A stretch of DNA of 64,000 nt from Acidimicrobiia bacterium (GTDB lineage Bacteria; Actinomycetota; Acidimicrobiia; Spongiisociales; UBA5794), in contig JASJAX010000001.1 of the NCBI GenBank assembly GCA_030066755.1, positions 14,341 to 78,340 of the forward strand, read 5' to 3'. How positions within the stretch are numbered: the stretch's first letter is position 1; every line of letters begins with the position of its first letter. The translations under genes and the position numbers were made by a program. Below are positions 47,131 through 57,199 of this stretch, piece by piece. The notes under the pieces were generated by a model. The model was not told the origin of the DNA. It saw only the letters and a list, made by a program, of their open reading frames with translations, and did not search any database.

Positions 47131-48648
47131 ATGGCCGACACGGCGAACGACAAGGACACCAAAGCGACCGAGGACGAGGCAGCCGCAGACGACGCAACTG
47201 CTGAGTCGCCGCCGCATCACGAAGAGGAGTTCGTGGCCACGCAGCACAGCGTGAAGGTCGGACGCAAGAAGGTGGAGTACACGGCGACGGCCGGTCGCAT
47301 GCTGCTGCGCGAGGAGGATGGCAAGAAGCAGGCCACGTTCTTCTTCGTCGGGTACACCCGTGAGGATGTCGCCGATCCGTCAACGCGACCGATCGTGTTT
47401 GCGTTCAACGGCGGCCCGGGCTCGTCATCCGTCTGGCTCCACCTCGGTGCACTCGGTCCGCGGCGGGTCCTCCTCGCCGACGACGGCATGGCAGTACCGC
47501 CGCCGGGGCGACTGGTCGACAACGCGTACTCGATCCTGGACGTCGCCGATCTCGTCTTCATCGACCCGATCGGCACCGGGTACAGCCGAGCGATCCCGAA
47601 CGAAGAGGCGAAGCAGTACCACCACTTCAAGAAAGACATCGAGACCGTCGGAGAGTTCATCCGGGCGTACCTGACCAAGCACGATCGCTGGGGTTCGCCG
47701 AAGTTCCTCGCCGGCGAGAGTTACGGCACGACCCGTTCGGCGGGCGTTGCGGCGCACCTGTTCCGCCGCCACGGCATCTACTTCAACGGGCTGCTGTTGA
47801 TCTCGTCGATCCTCAACTTCCAGACCGCAGGGTTCGATCCGCAAACCGGGACGTTCCGGCGCGGCAACGATCTCCCGTACGTCGTGTTCCTCCCGACCTA
47901 TGCGGCTGCCGCCTGGTACCACGGCAAGCTGGCGAAGAAGTATCAGAAGATGTCGATCCGCAGCTTCCTCGACGAGGTCGAAGCATTCGCCGCCAATGAG
48001 TATGCGCTGGCGTTGTTTCAGGGTGACCGGCTCAGCGATGCGGATCGCGCCACCATCGTTCGCCGACTCGCCGAGTACACCGGGCTGTCGGAGACCTATG
48101 TACAGCGGTACGACCTGCGCATCGAGATCCTGCGATTCTGCAAGGAGCTGCTGCGTGCCGAGGGCTACACCATCGGCCGGATCGACGCCCGCTACAAAGG
48201 GCGGGGTCGGTTCGACGACGGGGACTCCATGGAATCCGATCCCTCCATCGACGCCACCATGGGTCTCTACACGTCGGCCCTCAATGACTACGTGAAGCGC
48301 GAGCTCGAGTACGAGTCCGATCTCCCGTACGAGGTCTTGTCCGAGCAGGTCTGGCAGAACTGGGACTACGAGGACTTCAAGAATGCGTACGTCGACGTTT
48401 CGGAGTCGTTGCGTGAGGTGATGGCCCGCAACGCATTCATGAAGGTCTTCGTGGCGAACGGTTACTTCGACCTGGCGACCCCCCATTTCGCCACCGAGTA
48501 CACGTTCAGCCACATGGGGCTCAGCCCCGAGGTTCGCGACAACGTCGAGATGACCTACTACGACGCCGGTCACATGATGTACGTCCACTTGGAATCGCTG
48601 GACCAGCTCGCCAAGGATCTCAGGGATTTCATCGCTCGAGCGTCATAA
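47131..48648 (+). CDS. S10-family serine carboxypeptidase
   Basis: NGGPGSSS and GESYG(T) are S10 catalytic-serine motifs. AGGAG RBS 6 nt upstream of the ATG. Confidence 0.7.
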   Translation: MADTANDKDTKATEDEAAADDATAESPPHHEEEFVATQHSVKVGRKKVEYTATAGRMLLREEDGKKQATFFFVGYTREDVADPSTRPIVFAFNGGPGSSSVWLHLGALGPRRVLLADDGMAVPPPGRLVDNAYSILDVADLVFIDPIGTGYSRAIPNEEAKQYHHFKKDIETVGEFIRAYLTKHDRWGSPKFLAGESYGTTRSAGVAAHLFRRHGIYFNGLLLISSILNFQTAGFDPQTGTFRRGNDLPYVVFLPTYAAAAWYHGKLAKKYQKMSIRSFLDEVEAFAANEYALALFQGDRLSDADRATIVRRLAEYTGLSETYVQRYDLRIEILRFCKELLRAEGYTIGRIDARYKGRGRFDDGDSMESDPSIDATMGLYTSALNDYVKRELEYESDLPYEVLSEQVWQNWDYEDFKNAYVDVSESLREVMARNAFMKVFVANGYFDLATPHFATEYTFSHMGLSPEVRDNVEMTYYDAGHMMYVHLESLDQLAKDLRDFIARAS

Positions 48649-48696
48649 CCCGAACGGCGCGGGAGATACCATTGCTGCGGCCCTGCGTCTGCACGC

Positions 48697-48769
48697 GCCC
48701 CAGTAGCTCAGGGGATAGAGCACCGGTTTCCTAAACCGGGTGTCGGAGGTTCGAATCCTCCCTGGGGCA
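48697..48769 (+). tRNA. tRNA-Arg: tRNA-Arg (anticodon CCU)
   Basis: Read by hand. Acceptor stem GCCCCAG/CUGGGGC. D stem GCUC/GAGC. Anticodon stem CCGGU/ACCGG with loop UUCCUAA. T arm GGAGG-UUCGAAU-CCUCC. Discriminator A. No CCA encoded. Confidence 0.85.
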
Positions 48770-49186
48770 CTCGGCGCCTGCCGGCTCCGCCGGCGGCGCT
48801 CCGCTCGCGGGCTCGCCGAGATCCGATGGCTACTCGCCATCGGACTCTCACCTCTCCCTGGGATCTCACTCCACCGGGGTCCTAGCTGCGAGACCCCGAC
48901 CGATCAGAACAGCGCCGCCGGGCGCAACCATGGGCAGCCCGCGACCCAAGAGCGAGGGTTCGAATCCTCCCTGGGGCACTCGGCGCCTGCCGGCTCCGCC
49001 GGCGGCGCCTCGTTCGCGTGAGTTCCGAGATCCGATGGCTGCTCGCCATCAGACTCTCACCTCTCCCTGGGATCTCACTCCACCGGGGTCCTAGCTGCGA
49101 GACCCCGATCTTCTAGAACAGCGCCGCCGGGCGCAACCATGGGCAGCCCGCGACCCAAGAGCGAGGGTTCGAATCCTTCGTGCCAA
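48744..49186 (+). repeat. 209-bp tandem direct repeat (2 full copies plus a truncated third) whose units begin with the tRNA-Arg 3' end
   Basis: The period is exactly 209 bp: ttcgaatcc recurs at 48750, 48959 and 49168. Copies are about 93% identical. Each unit starts with gagggttcgaatcctccctggggcac. A degenerate unit tail recurs at 49375-49457 after an unrelated insert of about 190 bp. Confidence 0.85.
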
Positions 49187-49521
49187 ACGGAACGAACCGC
49201 TGCTGCGCCGACCTCACACGACCAACGAACGGAACACCCACTCCTCTGGCCGCCTCCGGCGAGCGCGACCGCCGCGAATAGTCCCCCCGAAGGGGGGAAG
49301 GTACCGCCGGCCGAACAGGCCGGGGGTAGGGGGGATCAGCACTCGTCGACCACCGCACACAACCCCTCGGGATGCTGGCTGCGAGACCCCGACCGATCAG
49401 AACAACGCCGCCGGACGCAACCATGGGCAGCCCGCAACCCAAGAACGAGAGGCTCGGTGAGTACTGCAGCCGAAGGCTGCACGGCCTGCCGAGTAGCGCG
49501 TGGGCTCGGTAGGTTGGTGCC

Positions 49522-50109
49522 ATGGCGATTGCCCCCGATGCGAGAAACGAGTACCCGCCGATCGAGACGGATCGGCTGGTGCTCTCCCCTGGCACTGCCG
49601 ACGATGCTGGGGTGCTGTTTCCCCATGTGCACGGTGACGCGGGTCGGGAGGTGACCGACACGTTGATCTGGGACGGCCCCGACGCCGTCGACGACTTGGT
49701 GGAGTTCTTTGCACTCCACATGAGCAGTACGTTCGCACAGGGAGGGTTCCACTGGCTTCTCCGCGACCGCACTGGAGAGCTGACGGGCGGCCGAGGGCAG
49801 GCGATCGGCTCAATTGGGTTGGAGCCCGGAGCCCAGGCTGACGAATGCGCGATCGGATACTGGCTCGCTCCCCCCTTCTGGGGAAAGGGACTCATGGGCG
49901 AAGCCATCGTGGCCGTCAGTCAGCTCGCCTTCTCAGCGGGCTACGAGCTCATCGAAGCGACGGTGTTTGTCCACAACGGGCGTGGCTGCGCACTCGTCGA
50001 AAAGCTCGGGTTCCGCAAGGACAAGCGGGTCACCGACTACGCCATCAAACGTGGCGTCCCCCGGGACGCGTATCGGTACGTGGCGACCGAAAGCACCCTC
50101 GCCACCTGA
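49522..50109 (+). CDS. GNAT-family N-acetyltransferase (RimJ/RimL-like)
   Basis: IGYWLAPPFWGKGLMGEAI...ATVFVHNGRGCALVEKLGF. Confidence 0.8.
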   Translation: MAIAPDARNEYPPIETDRLVLSPGTADDAGVLFPHVHGDAGREVTDTLIWDGPDAVDDLVEFFALHMSSTFAQGGFHWLLRDRTGELTGGRGQAIGSIGLEPGAQADECAIGYWLAPPFWGKGLMGEAIVAVSQLAFSAGYELIEATVFVHNGRGCALVEKLGFRKDKRVTDYAIKRGVPRDAYRYVATESTLAT

Positions 50110-50137
50110 TCTGGAGACGCTCCAGTCTGCCTGGGCA

Positions 50138-50539
50138 TCACTCGGCGCAGAACGCAGCAATGTTCTCGAGTGCAGCTGCCGTGGCGTCGGGATCGAAGGC
50201 GTTGAAACGATCATCGTTGGCGCCAAGAACGGCTTGGAAGTCCCATTCGTACTCGGCGAGCAAGGACCCGAAGCCGTCAACGGCGTCGTACAGGATCTCG
50301 ACGTCATCGGCGACCTCAGAAGGTGCATCTACGGCTACCTCGTCGAGGACCTCCAGCCGCTCGGTGAACGCGGCCTCCAGCGCTGCCGGAGTGGCCGTTC
50401 CATCGATGATGTCGAAGTCCTCGGTCTCGAGGTCGGGCGCAAACTCACACCACTCGCTCGAATCCGATCCGCATGCGGCAGCGGCCAGGCTGAGCGCGAC
50501 AACGAGCACGAGTGTGCGTCCAATCTTCCAGGATGCCAA
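50138..50539 (-). CDS. hypothetical lipoprotein
   Basis: TTG start with GAGGAGG at -4. Lipobox LSLAAAACGS. Acidic mature domain. Confidence 0.5.
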   Translation of the reverse strand: MASWKIGRTLVLVVALSLAAAACGSDSSEWCEFAPDLETEDFDIIDGTATPAALEAAFTERLEVLDEVAVDAPSEVADDVEILYDAVDGFGSLLAEYEWDFQAVLGANDDRFNAFDPDATAAALENIAAFCAE

Positions 50540-50669
50540 GCGTCCTCCTCGGTAGCCGTTCGTCGACGCACCTCGCGCCGTGGGCCGGACCCTACCGATG
50601 GGGATCAACCCGTGGTGGATGACCCCTGGGAGGGTGTTCCTGACAACCGACCGTGCCGAGGCCGCGGCA

Positions 50670-51362
50670 TCAGCGGCGGCAGAGGTACGTGGCGTAGACG
50701 CTCCGTCGGACGGACTTGTGAACAATCTCGAACCCGGTTCGTTGGAGGGCCGACTCGAGCAACCAGCTGAACGTTGAGTATTCGGACATGATGTGGGTTC
50801 GAAGGTCAGCCCGGGTGTACCCCGAGGCGGGATCAGACGGCGCAGCTGCGAGCCATCCATCGATCGTGGGCACGATCTCGTGCGGCGGGATGTCGTAGAC
50901 GATGTCACGCAGCAGAAAGAGTCCGCCGTCCGTCAGGAGCTGTGCAATCCGTTGGAGCGCGATCACCTTCCAGAACTCGGGCAGCTGGTGCAAGGCGTTT
51001 CGCGAGTACACGAAGTCCACGGGCTCGCCGTCGTGCTGATACGAGAGCATTCCGGCCTCAACAACGACCAGGTTCGGGTAGAAACCGCTCTTCGACCGGA
51101 TGGCTTCCGCCATCGCCGGAGATGGGTCGACGGCGATCACGGTTGCACCAGTCTCCGCGGCAGCTGCGGCAAACGTGCCGGTACCCGCGCCCAGGTCGAT
51201 CACCGTCGCATTACGCGCCAATCCGTGGCGGACCAGTAGATCAATGTCGTCGGTCGGATCAAACTGCGCCTTGGAGTCGTAGGCCTCGACAAATGTTGCG
51301 TCGAGGTGCTCTGCACCCACGAATCGCTCGTCGTTCGGCCACCAATCAACCATCGCTGCCAA
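50670..51362 (-). CDS. class I SAM-dependent methyltransferase
   Basis: VIDLGAGTGTFA (motif I) ... VDFVYSRNALH. Confidence 0.75.
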   Translation of the reverse strand: MAAMVDWWPNDERFVGAEHLDATFVEAYDSKAQFDPTDDIDLLVRHGLARNATVIDLGAGTGTFAAAAAETGATVIAVDPSPAMAEAIRSKSGFYPNLVVVEAGMLSYQHDGEPVDFVYSRNALHQLPEFWKVIALQRIAQLLTDGGLFLLRDIVYDIPPHEIVPTIDGWLAAAPSDPASGYTRADLRTHIMSEYSTFSWLLESALQRTGFEIVHKSVRRSVYATYLCRR

Positions 51363-51431
51363 GCTAGTGGGTGAGCCAACACGAGACGATCGTCCTGATC
51401 CCGGTAGGCTTCGACGGGAGGTCTGGAGTCC

Positions 51432-52565
51432 TTGGTGAAGCGCTCGCTCTCAATCCTCGTGGTGGTTGCGACAGCGTGCTCGGGTGGTGCGACATCGCCC
51501 ACGCAGGCCGCAACAACGGCTCAGACGACGGACACCCCGGCGGTGACCTCGTCGACTGTCGCTCCAGCGACGGCACCACCACAACAGAACCCGGCCACGA
51601 CCGCAGACGGCGAGGAAGTCAGCTTCACTTCGAATGACCTCGAGATGCTCGGAGACCTCCGGCTTCCCGCCGCCGCCGAGCCCGTCCCGGCGGTGGTGCT
51701 GATCCGGGGTTCCGGTCCCCACAATCGAGACGCCCCGCTCGCCGCTCAACTCAACATGGCCTTCGGATTTGAGATCCCTGTGTTCGCAGAGATCGCCGTC
51801 GGCTTGCAGCGCGAAGGGATCGGCGTTCTCACCTACGACAAACGCACGTGCGGCACCTTCAATCAATGCGGCGACACGGGATATCCGCTTCCTTCGGACG
51901 ACCTCACGGTCGACGACTTCATCGCAGACGCGCAAGCGGCCGTTGCGTACCTCCGTTCTCGCCCCGAGGTCGACCCGGACCGGATCAGTGTCGTGGGACA
52001 CAGCCAGGGAGCGCAGTTCATCACGGTTCTGCTGCAAGCGGATCCGCGCATTGCCAGCGGGGTGATGATTGCCGGCCCGTTCCGACCAATCGACGACATC
52101 ATTCGAACCCAGGTCGACTTCACCATCGAACTCCTCAGCACCCTCGGTGTCGGGAAGGAAGAGGCCTTGGCGTCGCCCGGCGTCGCAGCCCTGGCTGAGA
52201 TGGCCGACGGCGTCGACGCGATCCGCGCAGGCGGCGACGCCCCGGCCGCTGCAACGAGCGCCGCCTTCTGGCGCAGCTGGTTCGCCATCCACGAGCGTGG
52301 TCAGGCAGCCGCTGCGGCCATCGACCAACCGATACTCATCGTCAACGGCGAGTTGGATTGGAACGTCGACACGAGCGAGGCCGAGGCCTGGAAGGTCTTC
52401 CTCACCGGCGTCGGCGCCGACCACCGGGTCGTCACCCTCCCGTGTATCACCCACGCCTTGAACTGCGTCACCGAATCGGATCCGACGGCGATCACCGTCG
52501 ACGACCTAGGTACTGAAGTGGCGCCTGAAGTCATCGGAGCCCTCGTCGAGTTCCTCGGCGACTGA
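51432..52565 (+). CDS. alpha/beta-hydrolase lipoprotein
   Basis: Lipobox VVATACSG. Nucleophile elbow VVGHSQGA. Ala/Thr/Pro-rich linker. Confidence 0.65.
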   Translation: MVKRSLSILVVVATACSGGATSPTQAATTAQTTDTPAVTSSTVAPATAPPQQNPATTADGEEVSFTSNDLEMLGDLRLPAAAEPVPAVVLIRGSGPHNRDAPLAAQLNMAFGFEIPVFAEIAVGLQREGIGVLTYDKRTCGTFNQCGDTGYPLPSDDLTVDDFIADAQAAVAYLRSRPEVDPDRISVVGHSQGAQFITVLLQADPRIASGVMIAGPFRPIDDIIRTQVDFTIELLSTLGVGKEEALASPGVAALAEMADGVDAIRAGGDAPAAATSAAFWRSWFAIHERGQAAAAAIDQPILIVNGELDWNVDTSEAEAWKVFLTGVGADHRVVTLPCITHALNCVTESDPTAITVDDLGTEVAPEVIGALVEFLGD

Positions 52566-52570
52566 AGCCG

Positions 52571-53380
52571 CTACTCCCCCAGTACGCCGCCGGCCTCAAG
52601 GAGCTCCCGCAGCGTTGCGCCGAACCTCGCAGCTGGACCGCCGTCAACGGTGGTGTGGTCGATCGTCACGGTGAGGTCGAGGATCTTGCGGACAACGATC
52701 TCGTCGTCGACAACCCAAGGACGCTCCGTGACGCCACCGACGAGGACCGTCAGCGGCATGATCGTCTGTACCCCGATGCCGTGACCCGAACCCCCGAGGA
52801 ACATGCCAACGCTGGTCAGCGTCACTGTTCCGACCCGACGTCGCGCCGCAACCGACCGCGCCACGATCCAGTAGAAGAGAGCGAGCAGGATCGGGATCCG
52901 ACCGAGCGCCGCGACGAGCGTGGTCAGCCACCGCCCGCTCTGGCTGCGGCGGGGCTCCGTCTTGACACGGCGAATCTCGGCGGTGATGTCCTCCACGCTG
53001 CGGTTTGCCGCGTCGACCACCACGTGGGCGAGCGGAAACGGGCCGCGCTCCGTCTCGACCTCGATCATCAATGCAATGTCGACAGATTCGTGCACAACGA
53101 GACGACCGAAGAAGTCCCGGTAGGCGTGCACATCGGGATGGCGAGCGACCGCCCGTGCCACTGAGGCAAGGACGAATGCGGTCAGCGATCCGTCCGATCG
53201 TTCGAGCCGTCCCAGCGGCTCGGTCACGTCGAGCTGCACCAGGCCATGCATCGGCGAGGCAGTCCTCCCGGCGCGCATTGCTCGCACGACGAATCGCCGT
53301 GCCGGAGGGAATGGACGACGGATGAACCCAGGGTTGCCTTCGGGGACCATTGCTCCTCGAGTCGATGCCGGCAGCATCAC
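52571..53380 (-). CDS. stand-alone 2-oxoacid dehydrogenase E2-type acyltransferase catalytic-domain protein
   Basis: DHTTVDG matches the DHRxxDG catalytic motif of the E2 catalytic domain. No lipoyl or PSBD domains. Confidence 0.6.
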   Translation of the reverse strand: MMLPASTRGAMVPEGNPGFIRRPFPPARRFVVRAMRAGRTASPMHGLVQLDVTEPLGRLERSDGSLTAFVLASVARAVARHPDVHAYRDFFGRLVVHESVDIALMIEVETERGPFPLAHVVVDAANRSVEDITAEIRRVKTEPRRSQSGRWLTTLVAALGRIPILLALFYWIVARSVAARRRVGTVTLTSVGMFLGGSGHGIGVQTIMPLTVLVGGVTERPWVVDDEIVVRKILDLTVTIDHTTVDGGPAARFGATLRELLEAGGVLGE

Positions 53381-53467
53381 ATCGGACCTGATGGGCAGCT
53401 ACGGCCGGACGACCCATCCCACACCGCCCAGCCACTCCGTAGTCTGAACCAGACGAAGGGAGCCCGT

Positions 53468-53815
53468 ATGGACGACGAAGCCAACGACGAGGTGGCCGGC
53501 GAGGCCATCCCCCATCTCACGGGTACCGAGATGACGGTACGCGAGTCGCAGATCGGGCGCCTCGAGGCCGCCCGGGTAGACGTGGACCGATCTCAGGTCG
53601 GGTCACTCGCATCTGACCGCGCCCAGGTCTCCGAGTCCAAAGTCGGTTTCGTCATCGCCCGGGACCTCCAGGCCGACGAAACGGAGGCCGGGATCATCAT
53701 CGCCTTCTCGCAGCAGGGCACCATCAACACCGCCGTCGACGGACGGATCGTTGTTGCCGCAGCCGGCGTCATCGGAGTGGTGGTGTTCTTCCTCAGCCGC
53801 ATCTTCCGCCGTTAG
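53468..53815 (+). CDS. hypothetical protein (repeat-containing, C-terminal TM)
   Basis: AAGGGAG RBS upstream of the ATG. Repetitive D/S/Q-rich segments. Hydrophobic C-terminus VVAAAGVIGVVVFFL. Confidence 0.4.
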   Translation: MDDEANDEVAGEAIPHLTGTEMTVRESQIGRLEAARVDVDRSQVGSLASDRAQVSESKVGFVIARDLQADETEAGIIIAFSQQGTINTAVDGRIVVAAAGVIGVVVFFLSRIFRR

Positions 53816-53921
53816 CCGGCAACGCCGCTGGGACCAGCCCGGCTCGCCCGCCAAACACTGCTCACTCACGGATCGTCACTGAGGCACGGCCTCCGCGTAC
53901 GGCCTAATCTCCCTTTTCGCG

Positions 53922-56900
53922 ATGTCAGTTGATCGATCCGTGCTCAGGCCGCCGCTTTGGTACAAGGACGCCGTCATCTATGAGGTGCACGTGCGTGCCT
54001 TTGCCGACTCCAACGACGACGGCATCGGCGACTTCCCCGGCATCACGTCGCGACTCGACTACCTGAGCCGCCTCGGCATCAACACCATCTGGCTGCTGCC
54101 CTTCTATCCGTCGCCGCTGCGCGACGACGGATACGACATCGCCGAGTACTACGACGTCCACCCGAGTTACGGCACATTGGACGACTTCAAGGCATTCCTC
54201 GACGCCGCGCACTCACGCAACATGCGGGTGATCACCGAGGTCGTCATCAACCACACATCAGACCAGCACCCGTGGTTCCAGCGCGCCCGCCGTGCCGAAC
54301 CCGGCACACCCGAACGGGACTTCTACGTCTGGAGCGACACCCCCGACAAGTACGGCGATGTCCGGATCATCTTCTCCGACACCGAGACATCGAACTGGAC
54401 GTGGGATCCGGTCGCCGATGCGTACTACTGGCACCGGTTCTTCTCCCACCAACCCGACCTCAACTACGACAACCCGTTGGTGAAGGAAGCCGTCACTGAC
54501 GTGCTCCGGTTCTGGCTGGACATGGGCGTAGATGGTGTCCGGCTCGATGCGATTCCCTATCTGTTCGAGCGGGAAGGAACGAACGGCGAGAACCTCCCGG
54601 AGACCCACGAAGAGCTGAAGCGCCTCCGCTCCTTCGTCGACGACAACTACGACAACCGCTTGCTGCTCGCCGAAGCCAACCAATGGCCGGAGGACTCCGT
54701 GGCCTACTTCGGCGATGGCGACGAGTGCCACATGGCGTTCCATTTCCCGCTCATGCCCCGGCTCTATCTCGCCCTCGAACGGGAGAGCCGCCTGCCGATC
54801 ATCGACATCCTCGAGCAGACACCCGAGATTCCCGAAACGGCCCAATGGGCGATCTTCCTGCGCAACCACGACGAACTCACGCTCGAGATGGTGTCCGAAG
54901 AGGAACGCGACTTCATGTGGCGCACCTATGCGCCCGATCGGCGCGCTCGGCTCAACATGGGGATTCGCCGGAGGCTGGCTCCGCTGATGGGAAACGATCG
55001 GCGCCGCATCGAACTGCTCTACAGCCTCCTGCTCTCGCTCCCCGGCACGCCGGTTCTCTACTACGGCGACGAGCTCGGAATGGGCGACAACATATTCCTC
55101 GCCGACCGCGACGGTGTCCGGACTCCGATGCAGTGGAGCAACGACCGCAACGCCGGGTTCTCGAAGGCGAACCCTCAGTCGCTGTACCTGCCGGCCATCG
55201 TCGACCCGCAGTTCCACTTCGAGACGGTCAACGTCGAAGCGCAGCAGGCCAACCCCAACTCGCTCCTGTCGTGGACCCGCGGCATGATCCGGCGCCGGCA
55301 ACGTCATCCTGTGTTCGGCCGTGGCTCCATCGAGTTCCTCCATCCGGAGAACGACCGGGTCCTGGCGTATCTGCGCGAGAGCGACGACGAAACCATCCTC
55401 GTCGTCGCCAATCTCAGCCGGCACGCCCAGTTCGTCGAGCTCGACTTGAGCCAGTTCGCCGGGCACCGGCCGAACGAGCTCCTCGGCCGGACCGAGTTCC
55501 CCACCATCGGCGAGTTGCCGTACCTGCTCACCATCGGCCCGTATGGCTACTACTGGTTGTCGTTGACGAGCTCGGACACAACGAGCGATGGCGTCGAATC
55601 AACGCTCGTGATCGACGGCGCGGTGGAGAGCGCCTTCGCCTCCGACAGCCCGCTCCTCCCCCACCTGACGTCCTTCATTGCCCGACAGCCTTGGTTCCTC
55701 GGACGGAATCGGCGAGTCCTCGCCGTCGAGGTGTTCGACCTGATGCCGGTGACTCCCGGGGCAGCCGATCCGGAGCGCTGGATCGCGATCATCCGCGTCG
55801 ACTACCGCGCCGGGGCCCCCGACCTCTACGTCGTTCCGCTGGCCGCACAGTTCGGCGACCCACCAAACGTCGACGACGACGCCATTGTCGTTCGGGTCGA
55901 ACGTGACGGAACGCCTGGTGTCATCTACAACGGCCTGACCGACGACGGATTCCGAGCCGCGCTACTCGACGCCGTCCTCGGAAGCGAGACGCTCCTCGGC
56001 CGCACCGGTGCGTTGAGCTGCACCGTGGGCCCCGCCGCTTCGGTTCTCGACATCGACGAGACACCCCAGTCACGGGTCGTGACGACGAGCCAGGGCGAAA
56101 CCCACATCGAGTACGCCGACGGTGTGGCCATCAAGCTCTACCGCAGGATCGAACCAGGCGTCAACCCGGACCTGGAGCTGCGGCGATTCCTGACAGAACG
56201 CACCGCGTTCGAGGCGCTTCCCAACGTGTACGGCTCGCTCGACTACCGGAGCGGCGACACGTACACGATTGGTGTGCTGCAAGCGTCCTTCTCCGGTAGC
56301 CCGACGGCGTGGAGCCGCTTCGAGCGACATTGTGCCCGATGGCTCAACGCGATCGACGCTGCGGAGACTCCCCCCGAACCTCCTGCGCTGGGGTGGGCTT
56401 CTGCCGAGGTCGAGTTGGACCTGCCCAAGCGCAAGAAGCTCGCCGCTTCGCTCGAGCTCGCACGGAAGCTGGCCGCGACCACGGCTCAGCTCCACCTCGC
56501 GCTCGCAACACTGAGCGAGGACCCCGATATGCGACCGGTGGGCTTCTCCCAGCTCTATCAGCACGCGCTGTACCAATCCCTGCGTGCAACCGTCCGTCAG
56601 GAGTTGCGCCGGCTCCGCCGGATGACCAACGGCACCAACGGCACCAACGACGCCGCCGACGTCAGCCTCTCCGACGTATTGGCTGCAGAGGGTCGAATGC
56701 TGGAGCTGCTCGATCCGATCCGTCGTAATCCGATGGCCGGACAGCGTGTCCGAGTCCACGGCGACTACCGGCTCGACGAGGTGCGGATCGTCGACGACGA
56801 GTTCATGCTCGTCGACTTCTCCGGCGATCACGCCAGCCCGCTCAGCGAGCGGCGACTTCGCGCTTCACCGCTCCGTGATGTTGCCCAGATGCTCCGATCG

Positions 56901-57197
56901 CTCGACTACGTCGCGGTGGTCTCGGCGAGCCGCATCGGGAGCGAAGCCGACTCGTGGGCACCGTGGTGGGCACGCGCCGTCGGCCTGGAGTTCGTGCAGG
57001 CGTACCTGTCGGCCATGGAGGATTCGCCGGCTCTGCCGGACGATGCCGCCGACATCGACTCGCTCCTCACCGCGTACACGCTCACCCGTTCGCTCAGCGA
57101 GCTGCATTGGGAAGCCGAGGTTCGCCCAGACTGGATCGACGTTCCGATCGCGGGAATCCGCAGGATCATCAGCTCGCAGGACGGCGAGAACGACTGA
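53922..57197 (+). CDS. treS: trehalose synthase fused to maltokinase (TreS-Mak/Pep2)
   Basis: N-terminal GH13 TreS ([11 protein letters not shown]...[13 protein letters not shown]...[11 protein letters not shown]) plus a C-terminal kinase-like maltokinase domain. 1091 aa. Confidence 0.9.
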   Translation: MSVDRSVLRPPLWYKDAVIYEVHVRAFADSNDDGIGDFPGITSRLDYLSRLGINTIWLLPFYPSPLRDDGYDIAEYYDVHPSYGTLDDFKAFLDAAHSRNMRVITEVVINHTSDQHPWFQRARRAEPGTPERDFYVWSDTPDKYGDVRIIFSDTETSNWTWDPVADAYYWHRFFSHQPDLNYDNPLVKEAVTDVLRFWLDMGVDGVRLDAIPYLFEREGTNGENLPETHEELKRLRSFVDDNYDNRLLLAEANQWPEDSVAYFGDGDECHMAFHFPLMPRLYLALERESRLPIIDILEQTPEIPETAQWAIFLRNHDELTLEMVSEEERDFMWRTYAPDRRARLNMGIRRRLAPLMGNDRRRIELLYSLLLSLPGTPVLYYGDELGMGDNIFLADRDGVRTPMQWSNDRNAGFSKANPQSLYLPAIVDPQFHFETVNVEAQQANPNSLLSWTRGMIRRRQRHPVFGRGSIEFLHPENDRVLAYLRESDDETILVVANLSRHAQFVELDLSQFAGHRPNELLGRTEFPTIGELPYLLTIGPYGYYWLSLTSSDTTSDGVESTLVIDGAVESAFASDSPLLPHLTSFIARQPWFLGRNRRVLAVEVFDLMPVTPGAADPERWIAIIRVDYRAGAPDLYVVPLAAQFGDPPNVDDDAIVVRVERDGTPGVIYNGLTDDGFRAALLDAVLGSETLLGRTGALSCTVGPAASVLDIDETPQSRVVTTSQGETHIEYADGVAIKLYRRIEPGVNPDLELRRFLTERTAFEALPNVYGSLDYRSGDTYTIGVLQASFSGSPTAWSRFERHCARWLNAIDAAETPPEPPALGWASAEVELDLPKRKKLAASLELARKLAATTAQLHLALATLSEDPDMRPVGFSQLYQHALYQSLRATVRQELRRLRRMTNGTNGTNDAADVSLSDVLAAEGRMLELLDPIRRNPMAGQRVRVHGDYRLDEVRIVDDEFMLVDFSGDHASPLSERRLRASPLRDVAQMLRSLDYVAVVSASRIGSEADSWAPWWARAVGLEFVQAYLSAMEDSPALPDDAADIDSLLTAYTLTRSLSELHWEAEVRPDWIDVPIAGIRRIISSQDGEND

Positions 57198-57199
57198 GC

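Noticed and set aside
48930-49186. Second and third tRNA-like T-arm/acceptor segments as additional tRNA genes or pseudogenes
   Set aside because: Only the 3' 26 nt of tRNA-Arg is duplicated. No matching 5' acceptor, D-arm or anticodon arm is present. They are repeat-unit heads (att-like), not tRNAs.
48740-49907. ORFs 48740-49021 (+), 49113-49907 (-) and 49139-49654 (+) inside the tRNA-Arg tandem-repeat region
   Set aside because: Their frames are created by the 209-bp repeats themselves. The peptides are low-complexity and have no start signals. The repeat and tRNA explanation fits better.
56625-56651. Nonamer repeat accaacggc x3 inside treS-mak
   Set aside because: It is in frame and encodes TNGTNGTND within the maltokinase domain linker. 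It is a coding microsatellite, not part of the heptamer family.
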